From the NCBI GenBank assembly GCA_013265495.1, contig MU058584.1, forward strand, positions 6,910,407-6,974,406: a stretch of 64,000 nucleotides of DNA. Direction: 5' to 3'. This document shows, one piece after another, positions 40,123 to 50,951 of the stretch. Below the pieces are notes generated by a model that saw only the letters and a program-made list of their open reading frames with translations, was not told the origin of the DNA and made no database searches. Numbering within the stretch: the stretch's first letter is position 1; every line of letters begins with the position of its first letter. This DNA comes from Vicugna vicugna. Taxonomy: Eukaryota. The position numbers were made by a program, and so were the translations under genes.

Positions 40123-40854
40123 GTGAGTCGGAGGGGTCTGAGGGCTCAGAAGTCTTCCTCTGCCCTCTGTAAAATCAGTAACTCCACTTTGTTTCTATGC
40201 CTGGGGGTTCTGATCTGACCAGCAGGCAAGCTGCAAAGCCATGGGGACAGACTCCCCGAGGCCCAACCAGAAGGCGAGGCAGCAAACCTGAGTGCAGGTG
40301 AGGGAAGAGGCTCAGTAACGGGAGCCCCAGGACGCTTGGGGCTCTCAGACCAATGAGATGTGCACATCTAGGCTCAGCCTCAGAGATCCAGAGTCCCTCC
40401 AGATTCAGCCTCTTATCAGCAGGGCAGCCTTACGTCGTGTCCAATGATGATGCTGTGGGTTTTCCCATTTACTGGTGCTCAGGGCTCAATGAATGTAGTC
40501 TCTCTTGGGTCCTCAAGGCAAACACCACTAAGTGGCATGACACTACCAAAATCCCCTAAGAGTTGTACAGCAAGATCTCTCCTCAAAAAGCACCATGTCT
40601 TCAAAGGCAAAGTCCAATGTATAGATTATAAAAGAAATACTCTGAGGTCTCAACTACTCTTTGTGTTTCTTGGACTGACCAAGGGGGCTGAGGGAAGGTT
40701 AGCACTTGCAACCAAGTCTGCCTGACATGTCAAGGGCCTCCAGGTGACAAAACCTGATTTGCTGCAATCAACTCAGTGGTTAGCCAACCTAATCAAAGAA
40801 AAAGCTATGTTGATGACTGCAGAAGCCCGAAACATAAAATAAAGAAAAACTGGT

Positions 40855-41021
40855 TATAACAGGGAAATATATACAAGATCTTGTAGTAGCTCATGGTGAA
40901 AAAGAATATGAAAATGAATATATGTATATTCATGTATGACTGAAAAATTGTGCTGTGCACCAGATATTGACACAACATTGTAAATTGACAATAACTCATA
41001 AAAAATTTTTTTTTAATTTTT
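40855..41021 (+). mobile_element. Short L1 3'UTR insertion with TSD
   Basis: TSD aaaga(a/c)aaactggt at 40841-40854 and 41023-41036. Confidence 0.85.
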
Positions 41022-41945
41022 AAAAGACAAACTGGTCACAGATCTCTGTGACACATGCATACTTCCTCCAGTCTTTCCTGACAAGCAAGGCATCCTTCCC
41101 CTATGACCTCATCTTGGTCTCTAGAATGTCTCATATGACTTTCAGGACTTAGTTCTGTGTTTTTGTCAGTCAATCTTGCCTCTGTGCAGTGCTAAGTACC
41201 TCCCCTCAATTCATGTAATATCTTTATTGCATGGCACAACATGGCCCATGACCAGATATTCTTCAGGACTTTAGATGCTTTGAATAGAAACTATCATTTT
41301 CGCTGGAAGCAATTCCTAGGGTTCAGAGGGGCTAGGTGATAGCAAAGAGCACCTTTAACACTGAGGGGACCGAAAGCCTAAAATCCCAAGGGGATCAAGG
41401 TCCCAGCTGCACTAGCTAATAACAAGAGCGAAATTTAATTGAGCACTTTCTATGTAACAGACACTCTTGCACTGCGCAGGCACACAAGTCTACAACCCTC
41501 CCAACATTTCAGTCTTTTAATTTTGTAACAAATACTTAAAGTAGGTGTTACACTCTTTCCCAAGCTCTATTTACCTATTTGGAGGAACAATATTTAATTG
41601 TTGTAAATATAAAATGCTAGCTTTGAATATTATTAAAGCATGTTTATTTTACAAAAAAATTATAATAATAAATAGGTATTATTATTATTACTATTATTAT
41701 TTCCATTCCCATTGCACTGATGAGGAAACTGAGGCACAGAGAAGATAAACAGTTCAAAGTCATACTGTTAAAAAATGAAGCCAAGATTTAAACCAAAACA
41801 ACTTGATATCAGAGCCCTCATTTTTAACCAAAATGGGATTCTGCCTCAGCTCAAAGATGTAAAAGTTGCATTCTGTGACAAGGGCTCCCTTCTAGCCTTG
41901 TCACATAAAGAAGCTCTGCTCTGCCTTTCTCTAACAGAGCTCATC

Positions 41946-42077
41946 ATGGCCAAGCGAGTTGCAGTGATTGGAGCTGGTGTGAGTGGCCTGTCCTCCATCA
42001 AATGCTGCTTGGATGAGGACCTGGAGCCTACCTGCTTTGAAAGAACTGATGACATCGGGGGACTGTGGAAGTTTACT
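41946..42077 (+). CDS. FMO4: FMO4 coding exon 1
   Basis: aacag acceptor at 41937, ATG 41946, [44 protein letters not shown], donor GTGCGT; 132 nt. Confidence 0.96.
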
Positions 42078-42547
42078 GTGCGTAGTTCATACCCTCCCAC
42101 CTCCATCCGTCATAACCTGGCCTTTGCTTTGTCCCTGCTCGGGCATGGTGGCTTTAGCCCACCTTGGTGATCAAGTAAGGGAACAGCTCACTGCAGCAGC
42201 ACAAGCTTGTGCACGATGTCGTGCCAACCCTGTACAGGATGCAGTCTGATAGGTGAAGGACCTGGAGAACTGGCAAGGCACGGGCAGGGACAGCTGAAGG
42301 AGAGAAGAACAAAGAGTCAAGTCTGATGCACAAACATTACTGGAAGTTACAATGATTTCTGGACCACAGACATTCTAAGGGAAAGTAGTAAAATGTCATG
42401 TTGGGTAAGCTGAACAGCATTGATGAATATGGAGCAGATAACACTTTAGGAAGGATAGAAGTTGGCATCAGGGCGTGGAGCCCCAGCCCGCATGCACTGG
42501 GCAGGTCTTTGGGGGGAGAAATGGCAAGGATGAGGCAAGAATCCAGA

Positions 42548-42591
42548 CCTTGAAAAATCTAGACGACAGCCTTGAAAAATCTAGACGACAG
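42548..42591. repeat. Perfect 22-bp tandem duplication
   Basis: ccttgaaaaatctagacgacag x2. Confidence 0.95.
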
Positions 42592-44327
42592 CTTTCACGT
42601 TATCAGAATAAGAAGAACACAGACACCGATTTACCCTTCTTAAGAGTGGAATATGCAGCCTAGGGGATTATGCTCAAGGCCAGATCAGCCATTAGATGAC
42701 CTGAGCATCAGAAAGTGAGGCTGAAAGTGGCTAAATACTACCTGCGTCTGGCCAGGATTGGTCCTGGGGACTGGGAGTAGTGAGGACCCAGAGATCTGCC
42801 CCAGTGGTGAATTATGAGGTGTCAAAAGATGGGAGGCCCAATTACTAAATGCTTCAGGGGAAAAAGAAGAACAATGTTCAGTGGGAGCTCAGGTAGGGGA
42901 GGGTACTTCAGACTGGTATGAATGTGGGAAGCCTTCATGGAGGAGGTGGCATTTGCCAGTCTTTGATGGATGAGGAAGAAAACAGAATACACAAATGTAT
43001 GGAAGCAGGGATGATCACAACCTTATGATTATAATGTACTAGGGAAAAATAATTTTTTCCTGATGTACTGTGAGCCTCATCAAGCCACCAACTGTCAATG
43101 TGGAAAGAAAGTAGTAAGCCTGGTTTGTGACCTTCTGCCATTTGACCCCATAGTTGGTGTGGTTTCCTTCTCCTATTCTGAAGTAATATAGATTAATTTT
43201 AGAAAATAATGTTGAGTTAAACAAAAGAAAAAAACACAAATTAAATATAATGTCAATGCACATGGGTCAGCCCTATTAAAATTTCCATATAATTTCTTAC
43301 AGTCAATCATATACTATTTTTTTTCAAAAATGCAATTGTAGTATTCATTTTCATTCATTCAACAGGTACTCACTCGTGATGTCCCTCTACCAGGACACAA
43401 TGGGGAACAAGATAGGTAGGGGCCCAGCCCTCTTTACAGTGTGGTGAGAACAAAATTGCTTAGTATATGTGCTACTGAAGCAATGATCTGTAAACAGATC
43501 GTTACAATGCAGTGTGAGCGGTTCTGTGTTCGAAGTACAGGGTGCTGGAGGTAGAAGCCATGCCTTGTGCAGATCTGTTGGGTCATGGAAAGCTTCTCAG
43601 AGAAAGTGACAGCAAAGAAAGACTTCAAGGAGAAGAAGAGATTAGCTTCAGCCACAAGAAGTTTATTGGTGCCTTTAATACAGATCTTTTTGTTTTGTTT
43701 TTGAGTGACTGAGATTAAGACAAGACAGCAGGTTGAGGAGAAGGCAGAGGCTGGCGGAACGTGATGATTCTTTCATGAAGACTGAGGTAAAACAGAGAGA
43801 GACGGGGCTGGACAGGGATATAGGTTGAAAGGAGTTTAGTTTTGTTTTGAAAATTAGATTGTTCAGTATTTTAAGTGCTGATGGGAAGAAGCCAATAAAG
43901 AGAGAGTGGTTGAAAACATACATAGACAATAAATAGAAAAATCAGTGAAGGACCCCTTTGCCCTTAAGCAAAGACAAGAGGAAGAGGACCAGAGCACAAG
44001 GGGTGGGACTAAGCGCGGCAAAGGAAGAAGGAAAAATAAGCAAGATAGACTGTAGGACCCTATGATTATGGAATTGTTTAAGGGCAGTGTCAGTCTTGGA
44101 GAGCCCTGTCTAATTTAGTTCGCTTCTTTGTAGCTTGAGAAAGACATTGTATTTAATAATTCCAACCCCGCCAATTATTTCTAACAACTATAGCATGGGG
44201 GACCCAATGCTAAATTCTCCTGGAACTCTTTGGAATTACAAGTTGAACTACTGACGGTCTCTTTTCGATTCCTCCTGTCCACCTCCCCCCGCCCACCCCC
44301 ACCAAGCTAACTGTGCTTTCACCACAG

Positions 44328-44516
44328 GAAACTTCTGAAGATGGGATGACCCGGGTCTACAAGTCATTAGTGACGAATGTCTGCAAAGAAATGTCATGTT
44401 ACAGTGACTTCCCCTTCCAAGAAGATTATCCCAATTTCATGAAACAAGAAAAATTTTGGGGATACCTCCAAGAATTTGCTGAGCACTTTGACCTTCTGAA
44501 ATACATTCAGTTTCGG
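44328..44516 (+). CDS. FMO4: FMO4 coding exon 2
   Basis: cacag acceptor, ETSEDGMTRVYKSLVTNVCKEMSCYSDFPFQEDYPNFM...KYIQFR, donor GTAAGA; 189 nt. Confidence 0.96.
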
Positions 44517-45145
44517 GTAAGACGCCTTGGGTCATTGTGGAAGGTGGCTGAAGGCCAGCCCCCATTCAGCAGTCTCATGGAAATGGGATGCTTAAGTAAA
44601 CTTCTTTCTGGTTTTCTCTCTACATGAATAAGGCTGATAGTAACCCTGCTGCTCGTGTTTTACTCAGATAGATCATTAAAATACTGAATTTCCCAATTCC
44701 TTCTCTAAATCCAAACCCTCATTCAGGACGAAATTTAAACCATTTTTTTGAAAGGAAAGGAAAAATGAATTTTGTTCATGAAACCCTTTGGGAAGAAATG
44801 ACCAGAAGCCTGAGCCACAGAAATTATAATTAAAAACTCATTTTCTTGAACATTTTCAATGCATTCAATATTTTAAATCATCTCCTGCTCACCAATAAAA
44901 CCTGAATATTTCTTCCTTACAAAGGAAGGCATTCAGATGTTTGGGATCCTAATCTACATGACCCCTTCTGAGACTTTGCACAAGTTCCTTAACTTCTCCA
45001 GGTAGAAGATAAAACCAGTATTGATAGACCTCCTATCATGGGGCTGACTTGGCCCACTTCACATAATGAACATGGGTACCCTACAGTCACTGCATGAGGT
45101 CCTAAGATGATTAACAGAAAGCAAGTGTTTGTCTTCCGCTTTCAG

Positions 45146-45308
45146 ACCACAGTGTGCAGTGTGACAAAGCGTCCTGACTTCTCGGAAACTGGTCAGTGGG
45201 ATGTTGTCACAGAGAAAGAAGGGCAGCAGGACAGAGCTGTCTTTGACGCTGTCATGGTCTGCACTGGACACTTCATGAATCCCCATTTACCTTTGGAGTC
45301 ATTTCCTG
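45146..45308 (+). CDS. FMO4: FMO4 coding exon 3
   Basis: ttcag acceptor, [21 protein letters not shown]...[16 protein letters not shown](G), donor GTGAGT; 163 nt. Confidence 0.96.
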
Positions 45309-48104
45309 GTGAGTCATTTCTACCCCAGACCATGCCTGCTCTTCTGGGCTCTTCTAGAAGTTATGGATTCGTAGTTGGAAATATTTTCTAGTGATTATAA
45401 ACGACTTGTGTTCACCCTTCGAAATAATATGTACAAAATAACTTTGAAAGATATCGAGCATGATATAGGTGTCATTACTTATTAATATAAACGCTGGTGT
45501 TATCATTTAAGCTTTATCATCCCTGTCTGATGTAAGTTCAGTGATCACATAAGGCTCAAAACTATCAGATCTGTCATGAAAAAGAACAGGTTTTAAATTT
45601 TGTCATTAAATTACAGGTCATTTGAATCAGGAGTGACCTGTAATTCAATAACTGAAAGGAAGTGAGAGCATAAGGAAACTTGACAGATTTTTGTTTTTAG
45701 TGTTTGTGCTGCCGGAGCGAGCACAACATATTTTTTTCAAAGAAATAGACCAGAAATTATACATACAAAGGAATATCGCTATCCTTCAAAATAGTCGTCA
45801 CAATAACCACCCATACACCTCTTAAGTCAGGGCTATCAACACAAAGGAGTTTTAGAAATCCCCCTTTGGAAATCTTTCAAGCCAACAGAACATTCTTTTT
45901 AATATACTCACAACTGACAACTCTCCATCTTTTGAGGACAAATGAGGATTACTAAAATGTAATGAAGCAACTCTTCTGTTAAGTATAAGTGACCCTAAAG
46001 GCAACTGAGTATGAAATTTTGAAACTTCTTTAAGGACCTAAAACAACTTTTTAGAAAGGAATATGTGGAGATGAATGCTTGCAAACCTTAGCCAATTTTT
46101 TAAAAAATGAAATCTAAATCTTACAAACATAATATCAAATTAACAAAATATCCTATTTTTAAAACTGTCTTAGGGATGGAGGGCAAATTCAAAGTATACT
46201 TTTGCAAAAAAGCAATACTGTAAATGATGGTTCATCTTCGGGCTTGCCGCTAGTCTGGGGACTAAATGCACAAATGGCACAGTGCTAAAGGAATATGTAA
46301 CCGCCTCTTCTAACAGTGTTTCTGTGGGGAAATGTGTTGTGCCAAACAAGTGATAATTTGGGAAATTAGTGTCTTGTCAGCCTTGTGGTGGCTCATCCTT
46401 TACTCCTAACTAACCACCTTCAGTTCCTCTCAGACTGTAACTAAAGAATACTGTTGCAAAAGACCAACAAGAGCCAAGAGGTGAGGATCTCTGTGGCAGC
46501 GTAGTGTCCAAACTGGCAGAGCTGGTCCCAGAGAAAGAGACTGACTAACTACAAGCTGAAATAGCAAGGTAGTTGGATCATTGTGAGAGCAGACATTTTT
46601 ACAAACTTTAATGGCCTGGTGAGGCTGGAGAGGGATGATTGCAATAGAAATATTGAGATACCCATCTCTTTTGCCCTAAAACCCAGATATTGGAGAAGGA
46701 AGAAACCCACACACACAGATTTCAGAGACTCCTCCTGAGGGGTTCTTGGTTCATGATCACACTTTAGAAGGATTGTTACGGGGGGGAGCAGTACAGACAA
46801 TCCCAGTTCCCTCTGTGTTTCCCGAGTAGGTGAATGGATATGGTGTAAGCTTTCCAGACAGTCCTAGTCTGCCACAGTTCCCTCCTGGATAAGTAGCATT
46901 TAGCATGATGGTTACGAACAAAGTTCTGGATCCAGACCCTGGGACTAGTTGCATAATCTTGGATAAACATAACCTCTGTAAGCCTCAGCAGGGTGGAAAT
47001 AGGAGTTCCCATCTCAGAGCAGTGACCATGTGAGATCAGCCATGTGAGATACTTAGCACAGTGCAGAGCAGAGGTAAGTGCTCTGTGAGCAGCAGCTACT
47101 ACTGCTGTGAATCACAACCTTCTGTAAGCTGTTATCTGCCACCTGCGAATTGTTGAGAAGAACCTGCTTCCTAAGAAGCATGCGACTCCCCCAGACTAAG
47201 AAGTATTTATCCCTCTTAGTTAAGTTAAAACCCTGGCCTCAGCAGCCATTCCGCCTAGGAGTGCCAGACCCTTCCAGAGCCCACACGGGAATCAGGGGAT
47301 GGGTAACACAAAGTCCAGTTCTGCAGGTCACCCCTCTTCCTTCTTCTCTCTCTCGCTCCCAAGTTGTATAAGAGTGACTCTCTGCACACACATTGCTTGT
47401 AATCATTAGTTACAGGTTAGTGATCATGAATGCCTAATTTGATCAGTTATTAACAAGTGTCTTTAACCTTCTGAGCATTGTACACGACTTTAAGCCCGGT
47501 CTTCCTCCTCCTAAGGCAGCTGCTAAGCATCTTCCAACACATATTAGGATAATAAATATAAGATGAATAAACCAAAGTACCCCAGAGATACTTGGTGACA
47601 AGGCAAACTGAGCCCTATGCTGCCAGCAGAAATTTTTTACCCTTGAATTAGTCATTTTGATTTATCAAATAGATTCTCTTTTGGGGGGGCGGGTAGTAGA
47701 GGGTACTGTATTACTGACATAATCGTTAATTCAGACCTACCTACGCATTCTGTACTTTTTCTTGGGTCCCCTGCTCAAATAAGCAATTACGGAGAACCTA
47801 TTATTTGAAAAGCCCCATGTTAGGGAACATGAAAGATACAAAATCTATGAATCAAGCTTGAGCCCTCAGGGAGCTTCTCTCCAGTCAAACCTCAGAAAAT
47901 GTCTTGAAGCCGCACTCTCTAATGCATTCAGGGCACGAGCTCCTCCCCCTTCTTGAAATTCTTTCAATGCTCCCCTTTTCAAATTCCTAATCATCCTTCA
48001 ACTGTTGTTTTTTTAAAAAAAAAAAAATCACCTCCTCCAGGATGCCTCCCCTGGCTCAGTCTAGGCTGATGCCCTATTGAGCCATCTTAACACTTCCTGT
48101 TCTG

Positions 48105-48365
48105 GGAGGCAGGATAGTGTCATGCTTGGGAGCTGAGCTCCAGAGACAGACCCTGACTTCCTGTCCAGGCTCTGCCTCTCACTGTATGGCCTTGGGCAAG
48201 TCGCTTAACCTCTCTGTGCCTCACTCTTGGCATTAGTAAAATTGAATCATAATATTGTCCACCCTAAGGGGCTACTGTGTAGTTTTAATTAATTAATATG
48301 TACAAAGCCCTTAGTAGAGTGTCTGGGACTTGCTAGTGGGGGCTGAATAAACGTTTGTTAGCTAT
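48105..48365 (+). mobile_element. MIR SINE
   Basis: ggccttgggcaagtcgcttaacctctctgtgcctca core. Confidence 0.8.
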
Positions 48366-49865
48366 TGAATGTTTAACTAGTTCTCACTGGAGAATGAACT
48401 CCTTGAGGACAGAGAGTGTCTTTTACCCTCACATCTCCCAAACCTAAAACCTGAAACAGCATTTGGAGTGCACAGGGTTGAAAGTACATGTAAGGTACAA
48501 TTATTAACCAACTTTATTTTTCTTGTAATGTCCCTGTAGACCTGATCGGTGGGGCTTGTCCTCCTGGCCCTGGTTGCAATCTCAGGCAGTTCCCACCACT
48601 TTTCTGCTCACTCTAAGATAATGGAAAGCCCTCTCATCACTTTAAGTCACCAAAACCTTCTCATCTTTATAACCAAAATGTTCCATCTCATGTAATAGTA
48701 AAAATTTGCAACTACCTGTAACAGTGAAGCTTCTCTCCTCCCTCAGCTGGCGCCTGCGTCGTGCTGACAGCTGCAGTGGGAAGAGATGGTGTGCGTGGCT
48801 GCTCCCTTCCTCTGCCAGTTCCTCCTCCCGCAGACCCTTTGCCCGGAGCTGCAGTCTCTGACCTTCCAGAACTGGAGTCAGGGGAAGGACAAGAAGTAAA
48901 GGGGCAGAAAAGGTCTTTCTTGACTGGCACCTGTCGAGAGCTGGCTCTCTCAGGACTTGGGAGTGTTTAAGACCCATGCTTTGTGGGTGCTTTCCTAGGC
49001 TCTGCTCCAGAGACCCGCTCCATTACTGGGGATCTCTCAGTGCTGCCCCTTGTTACAGACCACACCCTTTCGGGCTGGCCGCTTACAAATCCTTAAACCC
49101 TAGCTCCTCCCTAGGTCATCTCCGTGCAGATCATCTGTTAAGGTCTCACTGTCAGTGCAGATGGCTACCTTGTGCAAAGTTCCTTTAAATTGGCATCAGA
49201 CAGCCTCCCTCTTACACAGTCCTCATGAAATATGTATTCCACAGTCAACAGCAGTCAAAAAACTTGCTATGGGTACAGCCACCATCCCTAGCAGCCAGTT
49301 CCAGTCAGTCTTTCAAGCGTGGGTCACACACCCATCTCTGTGCTCTTTAGATTCCAAGGGTCAAGGTCTCTCAAGAGTCTCCTGGAAGTCCCTTGAATCT
49401 GGCTCCATGTCAGAGGGACAGAAAATACAACAGCACTTTAAATCCTTTGTTGAAAATTTCCAGTGTCCAACCTCTGGTCACTTCAGCTTAAACCCCTGAA
49501 AGTGAGTAAGGGTCTAAGGATCACAAAACTGGTCTGCAGACACTTTCCTTGCACGTTCTGCCTAGGTGGTTAATGAGCACCTCCTTGGGAATGTGGCAGC
49601 TATTATATTTCGTTTCTAGCTCTGGGGGCCTCAGTTACTGTACGGTAGGAACATGGTAGGTTCCAGGAGACAGTTTCCTTTTTTTACACTAAAATTGCAA
49701 ACGTGTTTGAAGTATTGGGATGAGAGGCTGTGGGGTCCTCTAACGTGCAGAGCTTCCCTTTCTGATTCTTTGTCAGCGCTTCATCTCACAGTGGACGGGT
49801 CTGACGGTCGCCGGCCCCATCGCCGTTGCTTCCTCTGCCACGTCGCATAATTTCATAGCAGCAGC

Positions 49866-50369
49866 GGTAACAGACCCTTTCCAGTCAGTCCTCAGCAAGG
49901 GTCCCTCTGGCTGGAGTCATTCAAGCCAACAGACAGAGTTCGGCTCAGAAGCAAAGGAAAGCTTTATTCGTTGATCCAGAAGTGGAGAGGTGTGAGCTCT
50001 CGGCTCTAGAGAATCCGCTCTCCCAGAGAGGCCACGGGCGGGGCTGCTTTACCGGGATCTCGTCGGACGGACGGAGTTCGGGGAGGGAGGGGTGTTCTCG
50101 CGGGGCCGGGCGCAGGCGCACTGCTCCAGCTCCAGGTCGCCGGGCGCAGCGTCTCTGCACACGGCCCGCTGCCGCCATCCTGAATCGCGGTGTTGTGCGC
50201 CCGTGCTTCTGCACGTGGGGCCGGAGCTGGGAACTCTGGTCTGAAGGACCGGGGACGAGGCCTCTGCAAGCAGCATCCTGTGAGCAAGTGAAGCCAGACT
50301 GCGCATGAAAGAAAAGGAAAAAAAGGTTAAACTTTATTTTATTGCCCAGAATAGGCTCTGTCAGTGACA
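49866..50369 (-). mobile_element. ERV 3' LTR, CpG-island-like
   Basis: Plus-strand end ggctctgtcagtgaca next to a degenerate PPT (50370-50381); AATAAA on minus at 49963-49968. Confidence 0.85.
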
Positions 50370-50787
50370 GATCCCTGCTCTGCATTTTGCCCCGCTCTTC
50401 ATTCTGGAGGGGCACCGGGCGATGCAGGTCCCTCATCTGTAACTGCTTCCTGCTGACTTCAGGCGTCATCATAACCCCGGGAGGGGAGCAGAACTGCCTT
50501 TAGCTGTGTGTGGTTGTCCCCAGGCCTCAGCCCTGACTGTTCGTTCCCTGAGTGACCCACCCCTATTTGTCTAACTTTGTGGAGACAAAAAACTGCAGAC
50601 AATTTCAGATACATGGCCCAAATATAGGCAACAGAATAATGGTCACAAGTCAAGTTTTTCTCAAAAATGAAGGTGGCTAGATCTTTGGTTCACAGACGTG
50701 GCCTGAGCATCCCTGGTCACACTTTGTTTTTCAGAAGAGAAGCTTCAGGTCAGAGAGGTTCACACGAATCAGGGTTCATTGCTGCAG

Positions 50788-50951
50788 GTTTGTTTTTTTT
50801 TTTCTTTTCACTTGCTTTTTTTTTTTTTTAACTTTTTTTAAGGTAATTAGGTTTACTTATTTATTTATTTTTTAGAAGCGGTACCGGGGATCGAACCCAA
50901 GACCTCTTACATGCTAAGTATGTGCTCTACCACTTGAGCTATGCCCTCCCC
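50788..50951 (-). mobile_element. Vic-1-like SINE inserted near the end of the ERV integrase
   Basis: ggggatcgaacccaagacc...ctctaccacttgagctatgccctcccc. Confidence 0.9.

Noticed and set aside
41775..41945. Unspliced in-frame upstream extension of FMO4 from ATG 41775
   Set aside because: Begins in a MIR remnant and runs through the polypyrimidine tract and acceptor, so it is intronic.
48500..49600. Moderately GC-rich segment as part of the ERV or a retrocopy
   Set aside because: Lies outside the TSD-bounded provirus and I could not assign it to any family.
49945..50472. 175-aa and overlapping ORFs in the GC-rich LTR
   Set aside because: Explained by stop-codon scarcity in GC-rich LTR sequence; no domain similarity.
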